Of a DNA stretch of 32,000 bases, positions 17,741 through 26,999 are shown piece by piece (positions within the stretch are counted from its first letter, which is position 1; each line of letters opens with the position of its first letter). Position numbers and translations under genes: made by a program. Where the stretch lies: sequence record NC_007409.1. One strand, written 5' to 3'. This DNA is from Bicaudavirus pozzuoliense. The notes beneath the pieces were generated by a model. It was not told where the DNA came from, did no database searches, and was given only the letters and a program-made list of their open reading frames with translations.

Positions 17741-18154
17741 ATGGCAAGTCAAAAAAACAGTGAAAGTCTAGTTGGCGAGCTGGTTAACCAGATTAATGAA
17801 CTATACTTAACCAATCCTAACCAAGTCATAAAGTTGGCGAAAAAAGCGGGTGTTGAAAACCCAACATTCCTAGTCAAACCGCCAACGAAACCAACCAATG
17901 AACTCAGTTTCGCAAAATTAAACAACATAGCAGAGACAGTGGAAAAACTCGAAAAGTATGGTTTACCTTCACTTTTGCGCCAATATTTTATGACTGTCGT
18001 AAAGAACCCAGCAGTGATAGACAACGTGGTTGAAACTTATTATAAAATTGCGAAGATAATTCCGAAAGAAGTTGAGAACAAAGAACCTTTAGTCATAAGT
18101 GAGAAAGAAGGGTTTGTGTCGAAGTCAATCCCTCCTGTGATAAAAGTTTCATGA
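17741..18154 (+). CDS. Hypothetical protein, 137 aa
   Basis: ATG ORF with protein-like composition. Confidence 0.7.
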   Translation: MASQKNSESLVGELVNQINELYLTNPNQVIKLAKKAGVENPTFLVKPPTKPTNELSFAKLNNIAETVEKLEKYGLPSLLRQYFMTVVKNPAVIDNVVETYYKIAKIIPKEVENKEPLVISEKEGFVSKSIPPVIKVS

Positions 18155-18244
18155 AATCGTTAAAAACAGCTGTCTTAAGTCCTGTCTTAAGTCTTGTGTC
18201 TTAAGTGAGAAAGAAGAGTTAGCGCCAAAGGCATCCTAGTAGTA

Positions 18245-19750
18245 CCGACCTCCTCCCCGCCCTGAAGGGCGAGGGTTCCCCGAGGTCTTAAGGGTTACAC
18301 CCCTTTGATGGGTGCTACTCTGTTATGATCCACAATGAAAGACAAGGGTTTTTTCACTTCGTTAACGACCACTCCTACTGCTTTCTTTAGAATGTTTAAC
18401 GCACCGTTTAGATCGCTGTGAAGTTTATGTCCCTTAGGACAAATAACTACTCCTCTTGGGTTCCTCTTTACTTTCACGTCGTGGTAAGCACAATACTTTG
18501 TTGTATTGTACTCATCAACTTCATACACCTTCATACCATATTCTTGAGCCTTTAATTCAATGGCATGCATCAACTTACGATAAGGCCACTTGTCTGTCAT
18601 GAAGTTGTCGCCTTTCTCCTGCACGATATTGAATGGGTTACCTAGGTAAATTGTTGATACTCCTAGTTCGTGGAGTGTTTTAATAAGGTGAGAGGCTAAG
18701 TTACGGTAGAGATGGAGAAGGCGTCTCTTCAGTTTCTTAAACAGTCTCCTCTCTTCCCTTAACAATTCTAGATATGCCTCATATTCACCAATGTTTCTAG
18801 TTCTGTCAGCTAACGATTGTACTTCTGCAATTCTCTTATGGAAGTAGAAGTAGTCCTCCTTTGTTCTAATACCCTTGTAGAGCAACCAAGTGCCATCACT
18901 TACCACTACACTTGCTATTACGTTAATACCTAAATCGATGGATGCTACTTTGTTTCCCTTTGGTTTGGCAATCTGGATACTCTTTCTCTCACCCTTGACG
19001 ACGTGCTTACTCTTCTTTCCAGTTTCCTCAACACCTACCTCAACTGGTATGTGAGCGTACCAAGCATTTCTAGTCTCGTCAAAAATTATCTCTAGCCTAC
19101 CTTGTTTACCATACCACCTAAGTCTACCGACGAATTCTATTTCCATGTTAAAGTCCTTGAGGATTAATTTGTTGTTTTCAGCATCTACCTTGTAACGATC
19201 CTGTCTAACGATTAGTATTAGCTTTCTCTTCTTCGTCTTTCTGTCCTTACAGTACCCGGGTGGAGAAACGTGTTTTATGTGTTGTGGTAATTTTCCTTCC
19301 TTCTTCAGATTTAGCAAGGAGAAGAATGACGACCACGCTTCGTTGTTCTTATTGAGAACAGCTTGTGCGTTAGTACGTAATTTTTCCTTATACTTCTCAT
19401 AATATTTTTTATATGTCCCCTTAATGTCCACTTTCCCTTCGTGAAAGAACTGTTGCCTCCTTTCATAGTTAACTTCGTTGAAGAGCTTTGCAGAGAGGTC
19501 TGCTAACCTCCTCAGTTTTCTTTCTTGAAAACCATTTGGAAGAAGGCGAACTATATTGGTTCTTCGATTTGAGTATTTAACTTTGTAGACACCCTCCTCC
19601 GGTATTGCGGGAGTAGAAGTCGGCTCCCGCTCCTCATCCCCTAAGAGTTGACCAGAGGAGGGTGGCATAACTGCTCATTACTACTCGTTATTGCTGAAGT
19701 TTAAAAATCTATAAGGGACTATCCATTCCCTTTCCGCCCACTTTAACCCT
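18245..19750 (-). mobile_element. IS605/IS1341-type TnpB-only element 2 (approximate ends)
   Basis: LE motif 19695-19750 homologous to elements 1 and 3; RE cctcctccccgccctgaagggcgagg at 18248-18273. Confidence 0.8.
18295..19668 (-). CDS. tnpB: TnpB / OrfB-like protein, element 2 (divergent, 457 aa)
   Basis: KVASIDLGINVIASVVVSDG; CAYHDVKVKRNPRGVVICPKGHKLHSDLNGALNIL zinc-ribbon/RuvC III motif. Confidence 0.92.
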   Translation of the reverse strand: MPPSSGQLLGDEEREPTSTPAIPEEGVYKVKYSNRRTNIVRLLPNGFQERKLRRLADLSAKLFNEVNYERRQQFFHEGKVDIKGTYKKYYEKYKEKLRTNAQAVLNKNNEAWSSFFSLLNLKKEGKLPQHIKHVSPPGYCKDRKTKKRKLILIVRQDRYKVDAENNKLILKDFNMEIEFVGRLRWYGKQGRLEIIFDETRNAWYAHIPVEVGVEETGKKSKHVVKGERKSIQIAKPKGNKVASIDLGINVIASVVVSDGTWLLYKGIRTKEDYFYFHKRIAEVQSLADRTRNIGEYEAYLELLREERRLFKKLKRRLLHLYRNLASHLIKTLHELGVSTIYLGNPFNIVQEKGDNFMTDKWPYRKLMHAIELKAQEYGMKVYEVDEYNTTKYCAYHDVKVKRNPRGVVICPKGHKLHSDLNGALNILKKAVGVVVNEVKKPLSFIVDHNRVAPIKGV

Positions 19751-19801
19751 CAGTTTTATAAAAGTTTGAAGAAGTTAGTTTCGTTAAAAACAGCTGTGTT
19801 C

Positions 19802-20389
19802 TTAAGTTTTGTGCTTTAGGTGGAAGTGGCCTAACAACCTGGCGCTGTCTACTGGGCTAATCAGTTGTGTCGGCAGTTTCTCATTCAGAAAACCTTGCGT
19901 GTCAAGCAGAACGAAGTGAATTGCGTTTATGTATATGAGGCCATACTCCATGACTGTCTTGTTTAGTTCATGTATCTTTTTTAAATCATTGTTTGTGAGA
20001 TTTTCTTGCAATTCTAAATATTTTTGCGTCATAAATGTGTTAATATCAGTATACGCAACGTCGAGGAGCTCCATCACCAGAGATTTAAATGATTCTTTTA
20101 GGGTGAACGGAGTGGCTGACATTTTCGCATGGCCTTGCTCAATAGATCTAATCATCCCCTTCGCTATCCTCAGCATTTTATTTGTTATATCGATAGTTGA
20201 AACGCTTTCGTTAATGCTGACGTCTATCTCATTGTACATTTTGTAAGCCATATTAGCCATGTATGGGTCTATTCTTGCGATGTTAGCTACTATCGGTCTA
20301 TTCTGCTGTTGGACTTGTTGAAGAGCCTGGAGTATGCTGTTATTATTTTGTTGGTTATTATTTTGTGGTTGCCTTGCGGACACAAGCAA
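19802..20389 (-). CDS. Hypothetical alpha-helical protein with Q/N-rich N-terminus, 195 aa
   Basis: Long ORF. Confidence 0.7.
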   Translation of the reverse strand: MLVSARQPQNNNQQNNNSILQALQQVQQQNRPIVANIARIDPYMANMAYKMYNEIDVSINESVSTIDITNKMLRIAKGMIRSIEQGHAKMSATPFTLKESFKSLVMELLDVAYTDINTFMTQKYLELQENLTNNDLKKIHELNKTVMEYGLIYINAIHFVLLDTQGFLNEKLPTQLISPVDSARLLGHFHLKHKT

Positions 20390-20418
20390 AAACTAGAAAG
20401 AGCGTTTAAAAACCAAAA

Positions 20419-20856
20419 TTATTCTAAGTACACATAGCCTTCATTTTCCAATTCCTTCCATAGCTTATCGTTCTCATTGTAATTCTTTGAGAGCATTGCT
20501 AATGAGTTAAGATTGAGTTTTTTGATATGCTTCAGGAATCCGTATTTGCCCTCAGTGTCGAGTGCGTTTACTAACAGCTGTACTTCAGGGGCTATTTGGC
20601 TGAATATTTCTGCGATGATGTATCTTGGGATTGGCTTTTCGGATCCGTCGTATGGAGAGCCCTCTAAATATCTCCTAATTGTTTTAATTATCTTCTTCAC
20701 TGCTTCTGCTAGTTCCGGGTTCACTCCTTTCAACCACGCTTCTTCTCCAGCTAATCTTAAGTCGATCTCGGGATAGCCTATTACTCCTTCGTAGAACTCC
20801 ATTAAATCATCTAACACGTGTGTTTCGTATTTTTGGGGGTGGAGCATGTTTTTCAC
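20419..20856 (-). CDS. 145-aa protein, probably ORF145/RIP (inhibitor of archaeal RNA polymerase)
   Basis: ORF size and ATV context match ORF145/RIP from memory; no discriminating motif was used. Confidence 0.65.
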   Translation of the reverse strand: MKNMLHPQKYETHVLDDLMEFYEGVIGYPEIDLRLAGEEAWLKGVNPELAEAVKKIIKTIRRYLEGSPYDGSEKPIPRYIIAEIFSQIAPEVQLLVNALDTEGKYGFLKHIKKLNLNSLAMLSKNYNENDKLWKELENEGYVYLE

Positions 20857-20894
20857 ACGAGAAGAGAATGCGTGAAAATCTTAAAAACAAAACT

Positions 20895-22190
<1,296 letters not shown>

Positions 22191-22196
22191 TGGCCC

Positions 22197-23102
22197 TCAA
22201 TGTTTTTCATACCACCATTTTCCTCTTAGATGATACTTGTTTAATAACTCTGTAAACATCTTACCTAATTCCTCGTCAAGCTCTTTATCAATTTTCACCT
22301 TTTCCCATAATAACGATTCTATATACTCCATGTTCATTCCCCTCTCATGGAGCATTTCACCAAAAACTTGATCTACACCTATGTCTGCCAATTCCTTCAT
22401 TATCATCTCTAAGTCTTCTTTAACGTCTTCTCTTACCTTGTTTGGTGGGAATATTGGTGCTACAATTACGCCTACTTTTAGACCTACTTCTTTCGCTTTC
22501 CTCAAAACCTCTAGTCTGGCCTTAGGTGGTGGTGCCCTAGGTTCGATAATCGAAGCGAACTTCTCTTCCAGTGTCGCGATCGATACTTGTAGGATTACTT
22601 GATCCTTATACTCTGATAGTAAATCGAGGTCTTTCGTAACGAGCACTGACCTTGTCTGTATTAAGAACTTCACACCTGCTGGCAAGGCTTTCTCAAGGAT
22701 CTTCCTAGAGGTTGGGTAAAGTTGAGGAAGATAAGGGTCGTGAGTTGAGGACATCATTACTAATTTCCCTTTCCACCTCTTCCATGGAGTTTTCTTTATT
22801 GCCTCGTCTATATTCCTAGGCTTTAGGAAGTACATGCCCCACGGTCTTTGGACAACATCACCCACTCTTGCAAAGGTAAACCGCTTGTGAATGTTATCAA
22901 CGTAACAGAATGGGCAAGCGTGAATACATCCAATAGCAAAATTCAATGCCCAACCATCACTTAACTCTTTCCCTACTCCACCATTCTCAACGTAAGTTAG
23001 TTTTGAAGGCTTTATTAATGGAGGTCGTATATTATACTCCCCAAAGGAAACTTTCCTAACGTCTTTATTAAACGTAAAAGTATCTAAAGTAAAATGAGCC
23101 AT
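22197..23102 (-). CDS. Radical SAM protein, spore-photoproduct-lyase-like
   Basis: GCIHACPFCYVDN (CxxxCxxC cluster motif), followed by VMMSSTHDPYLPQLY, FLIQTRSVLVTKDLDLL, QVSIATLEEKFASIIEPRAPPPKARLEVLRKAKEVGLKVGVIVAPIFP. Confidence 0.9.
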   Translation of the reverse strand: MAHFTLDTFTFNKDVRKVSFGEYNIRPPLIKPSKLTYVENGGVGKELSDGWALNFAIGCIHACPFCYVDNIHKRFTFARVGDVVQRPWGMYFLKPRNIDEAIKKTPWKRWKGKLVMMSSTHDPYLPQLYPTSRKILEKALPAGVKFLIQTRSVLVTKDLDLLSEYKDQVILQVSIATLEEKFASIIEPRAPPPKARLEVLRKAKEVGLKVGVIVAPIFPPNKVREDVKEDLEMIMKELADIGVDQVFGEMLHERGMNMEYIESLLWEKVKIDKELDEELGKMFTELLNKYHLRGKWWYEKH

Positions 23103-23207
23103 AATTTTAAAGCATTTCAGAGTTTTAAAAGCCTTACCTCGCCTCTAGAAGGTATGATGGGTTTATAAAGTTTTTGTGAAAACCTCCCGCCTGTGGGGTT
23201 TTCGCCT

Positions 23208-23693
23208 CTAACTCCCAGTTGTGTTCTGAATATTTTGCAATCTTATCATGAAATCTGATATAGGTATGTATTTCTTCTCTGTTTCGGTATAACCTAGTGA
23301 CGCCATTAGGTTTTCTACTATCATTATCATTATTGAATCAGCGACAGACTTTATCTCGTTCTGTTTCCCGAATGCGACCAATTCTGTCTCGAATTTGTCT
23401 CTGTTCTCTTTCACATTTTGTGAAATAAATGAATATATCTTCGTCAGGGTGGTGATTATGCTGTCTTCCGCTTCAACGTCTGGGATTTTATTGAAATAGT
23501 ACATACAAGTCGTCTTCGCTATACTAAGCAACGTCGCCTTTATGACGTTATATTTGAAGAGGCCTGTGACCCTAAGTTTTTGACTCCATATACTGTCTAA
23601 TGTCAACCCCAGCCTCTCAAGAAAGGTGTTTATTTCTATCTCACCGTTTCTGAGCTTCTCTTGGAGTTCTTTTACAGTATCATACAGTGTCAT
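23208..23693 (-). CDS. Hypothetical alpha-helical protein, 161 aa
   Basis: Long ORF. Confidence 0.7.
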   Translation of the reverse strand: MTLYDTVKELQEKLRNGEIEINTFLERLGLTLDSIWSQKLRVTGLFKYNVIKATLLSIAKTTCMYYFNKIPDVEAEDSIITTLTKIYSFISQNVKENRDKFETELVAFGKQNEIKSVADSIMIMIVENLMASLGYTETEKKYIPISDFMIRLQNIQNTTGS

Positions 23694-23950
23694 GTGGTTA
23701 GGTTGCTGTTGAAGTTAAAAAGCCAAAAATAGAATTATAAATCCCCACCAACAAGACTTCGCCTCCAGAGGGCTGAATTTTGAAAAGTTTTCAGTGAGGG
23801 GTATAGGCTCTTTTTGAACAGTTTTAAACAACTTAGGTGGTTTTTCTTAACAATTTATCATACAATTGTTTTTGCTTCACGGTACTTTTCTGAACACTTT
23901 TCAGAAAGAGTAACCCCCACTTCTAAAAAGTTTTCAAAACTATCGTCCTA

Positions 23951-24394
23951 CTAACTAATTATTTCGAACCAGTCAGTGTCTGGCGCTAGAGGAATTGGCT
24001 TTTTGTTATGCAGGCTTTTTGCTATTCTAATAATCATCGTATTCTGTTGTTGTTTGAGTATGGCGGTAATTCCTTTCTTTATTACTATTGTTTTCTTTAC
24101 TCCTCTCAAATTCCTTCTTTTCTCTACAATGAGAGTATCAAAAGGATTGAACATTGAGGCCCTCGTTATTGTTGAGTTCTTTGCAGTAATTATTTTCCCT
24201 TTTACGTTTATCAGCGCGTTAGATAGATCCATCTCACGCCTCAATTTCATATATTCGTCGTGCTCCTCTATCAGCTCATAAATCCCGACGAATTGCTTTG
24301 GCACGCTGGAGCCCTTATTTTTCCTTATTATTAATATATTATTGGTATAATTGACGACTTCGTAACCGTATATCCTTCCCACAAAATACAACAT
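23951..24394 (-). CDS. Hypothetical protein, 147 aa
   Basis: Long ORF. Confidence 0.7.
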   Translation of the reverse strand: MLYFVGRIYGYEVVNYTNNILIIRKNKGSSVPKQFVGIYELIEEHDEYMKLRREMDLSNALINVKGKIITAKNSTITRASMFNPFDTLIVEKRRNLRGVKKTIVIKKGITAILKQQQNTMIIRIAKSLHNKKPIPLAPDTDWFEIIS

Positions 24395-24459
24395 GGGAAA
24401 AGTTAAACTTGAAAAAGTTAAAAATCAAATTGCACAAAATGGAGTTGGCGGGGAGGAAG

Positions 24460-26862
24460 TCAGACCCTTATTAATCGAGCGCCATGTTCTCCTTCTTGTT
24501 TTTCACCTTCAGAGTTCGCTGTGCTTTCAGTCGTTTCATTGTTTTCAGACTCAGTCGTTTCGCTTTCAGACTCAGCAATGCTTTCAGCCTCAGCAAAATA
24601 CTTTTCTGCATTATATGCATATTCTGCGGCAGTGTTGTATGCATTGCTTAGCTGTTCATAATATTTCGCCAACTCAGCGTTAGTTGGTGGGTTCGGTGGG
24701 CGAGCACCAGCAATGTGTTTCCTTTCAGGGGCAATGGTATTCTGTGCCTTTTCCAACTCATCGAAACCCAATATAAGATCAGTGGCTTGTTCGATAGCAG
24801 GCTTCGCCGGATTTGGGTTCACATTAGCTCTTTCGAATTCACGAGAAGCCTGCTCGAAATAATGTTTCGCACTGCGTGCTATAATGACACCCTGGCTGGG
24901 AGAAGAGACGTTGCTTAGCTTTTGCAATTGATTATATCCTTCGTTCATGTAACCATACGCAACAGCTAGAAGGTTGAATTCTGTTATGGTATTCTGTATG
25001 TTTTGTATGTTTTCTTCTACCTGATTAACAGAATCTTGATTTATTGCACCTTGTTTAGCTAATTCTTGGAGAATCTTGTACGCTTCTTGCATAGGTGGTA
25101 GTGCCTGTTTCTCCAGTGTGTCTGCCGCATTTTTGTACAATTGAGATACTTCTCCAAGAGACAAGTTGTTAGCGTTGTTCATCATGTTGTTAACTTGAGT
25201 GATGACTGCATTTGCCTGATCTAAATATTCGTAAGCAGTAGATAACATATCGAATTCTGTTATGGTATTCTGTATGTTTTGTATGTTTTCTTCTACCTGA
25301 TTAACAGAATCTTGATTTATTGCACCTTGTTTAGCTAATTCTTGGAGAATCTTGTACGCTTCTTGCATAGGTGGTAGTGCCTGTTTCTCCAGTGTGTCTG
25401 CCGCATTTTTGTACAATTGAGATACTTCTCCAAGAGACAAGTTGTTAGCGTTGTTCATCATGTTGTTAACTTGAGTGATGACTGCATTTGCCTGATCGAT
25501 TAGATTGTTTGCTTCTGCAAGTAGTGAATATTGATTTGCACTTTCGCTTGTCGCAGTAGACAGCTGTGATCCAATCTGTTGGTACGTTTGTGTCACGAAG
25601 TTTTGTGGCGCTGTTTCTTGTGAGATCTGTTTTAGAACAGCTGACATGAAGGCGAATTGATCAGAATTTTTGGGTGGTTTCTTGTTGATCTTACTTAGTG
25701 CGTCAACCAGATGATTATTATCCTTCAGATGCAAAGCGTACGCTTCCGCTATTGGTTTAAAAGCAGGATATATAGATGATGCTTTGCTCGTAAGCTCGTA
25801 ATTTTTTGAAAGTGCGTTACCAACATTACTGAAATATGAAAGGAGATCTTGCATACCTTTTATCTGAGATGGAGGACTTGGGAGCGGTTCTGTTTTCGTC
25901 AATATTGCTAACGCATTAGTGTAATTTTTGACGGACTGTGGTGCGTTTGGCCCAAGCAATTCTGTAGCCTTTTCCGCATCTTCGTAAGCTTTAGTGTAAT
26001 CTCCTTCATCTAACGCTTTTACTGAGCTATGCAGATACTGGTTTGCCTCGTTATCTATCTGAATTTGTTTCACCATCTCCTCCGCAATATTCAGTATGTC
26101 TTCTGTGATTGGCGCAATTGGTAAGCTTTTAGATTCATTGACTATATTCTCTATATTTTTGAGTGCATCTTCCGCGTTGCTAACAGAGTGAGTTGTCAAT
26201 ATCTGGTTAACGTTGGTCAATAGCTCCTCCAACATTTCTGCGGAAGTTGACAATGTATCAGCAACTGGCCTAAACATTGGCTCATATTTCGAAGCTTCTG
26301 AATACGCTTGTGACGCATTCTTATAGTAATCAACGAGTTGGGAAAGAAAGGAAGTGATAGTTCCTTCTGGCGTTGGTGGCGGAGGAACCGAAGCCACTAT
26401 CTGCAGAGCTTTAACTAGGTTGTTAGTTTGCGTATTGTTTAAGATGTCATTTAACTGCTTAGCGTATTGTAAGGCCAGATTGTAATCTGCTTGAGATAAA
26501 GCATCGTTCAACTTATTTAATAGTTCCTTCACTTTCTCTTCTTCTTTCAGATACTCGACAATATTTTCAGCATCTTGAGGGCTGAAGACATTTGGATATC
26601 TTTGCGATATGGCGACCAATTGATTTGCGTAATTTATTCTATCCTTTAGTGGGGTGTTAGTGTCTTTGAGTAAATCCAAGTACTTCTTGACTAGGATATA
26701 CGCTTTTACTTGTCTGGTGTTATCAGAAGGCGGTAACTGATCAATGATGTTCAACGCTTCATCGTAGTCCCCCTGGTTGGCGAGCTGGATAGCTTTGTTA
26801 ACAAGTGCAATTTCCTTCGCCTTTGACCTGGAAACGTCTGGTGGCACATAATTGCTGGACAT
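24460..26862 (-). CDS. 800-aa helical/coiled-coil virion protein (ATV P800-like)
   Basis: Single 800-aa ORF, size match to the ATV P800 structural protein; repetitive helical, TPR-like units. Confidence 0.92.
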   Translation of the reverse strand: MSSNYVPPDVSRSKAKEIALVNKAIQLANQGDYDEALNIIDQLPPSDNTRQVKAYILVKKYLDLLKDTNTPLKDRINYANQLVAISQRYPNVFSPQDAENIVEYLKEEEKVKELLNKLNDALSQADYNLALQYAKQLNDILNNTQTNNLVKALQIVASVPPPPTPEGTITSFLSQLVDYYKNASQAYSEASKYEPMFRPVADTLSTSAEMLEELLTNVNQILTTHSVSNAEDALKNIENIVNESKSLPIAPITEDILNIAEEMVKQIQIDNEANQYLHSSVKALDEGDYTKAYEDAEKATELLGPNAPQSVKNYTNALAILTKTEPLPSPPSQIKGMQDLLSYFSNVGNALSKNYELTSKASSIYPAFKPIAEAYALHLKDNNHLVDALSKINKKPPKNSDQFAFMSAVLKQISQETAPQNFVTQTYQQIGSQLSTATSESANQYSLLAEANNLIDQANAVITQVNNMMNNANNLSLGEVSQLYKNAADTLEKQALPPMQEAYKILQELAKQGAINQDSVNQVEENIQNIQNTITEFDMLSTAYEYLDQANAVITQVNNMMNNANNLSLGEVSQLYKNAADTLEKQALPPMQEAYKILQELAKQGAINQDSVNQVEENIQNIQNTITEFNLLAVAYGYMNEGYNQLQKLSNVSSPSQGVIIARSAKHYFEQASREFERANVNPNPAKPAIEQATDLILGFDELEKAQNTIAPERKHIAGARPPNPPTNAELAKYYEQLSNAYNTAAEYAYNAEKYFAEAESIAESESETTESENNETTESTANSEGEKQEGEHGARLIRV
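24976..25221 (+). repeat. 246-bp perfect direct repeat, copy 1 (inside the 800-aa gene)
   Basis: Read by eye: gaattctgttatgg...catttgcctgatc; identical to 25252-25497, offset 276 bp (92 codons). Confidence 0.9.
25252..25497 (+). repeat. 246-bp perfect direct repeat, copy 2
   Basis: See copy 1. Confidence 0.9.
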
Positions 26863-26999
26863 CGTGAAAAAATCTCGTAAAAACTTTTAAACAAGTGAGA
26901 GAGGCTGGCATATCCGTTTGTCCCTAGGAGCTAGGGGTAGAGAGCAACTGCAAATGACCGGCAAACATCTTTTTAAGAGTTTGCACGGGTGGTTCGCAC

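Noticed and set aside
23830-23940. Possible retron/ncRNA locus in the gap with hairpin ctttTCTGAAcacttTTCAGAAAG
   Set aside because: Only one short hairpin and no reverse transcriptase or effector ORF nearby; more likely local regulatory DNA.
24976-25497. Possible CRISPR-like or transposon repeats
   Set aside because: The two units are in-frame coding duplications of 246 bp with a ~30-bp spacer, with no short repeat-spacer periodicity. No CRISPR array was recognised anywhere in the window.
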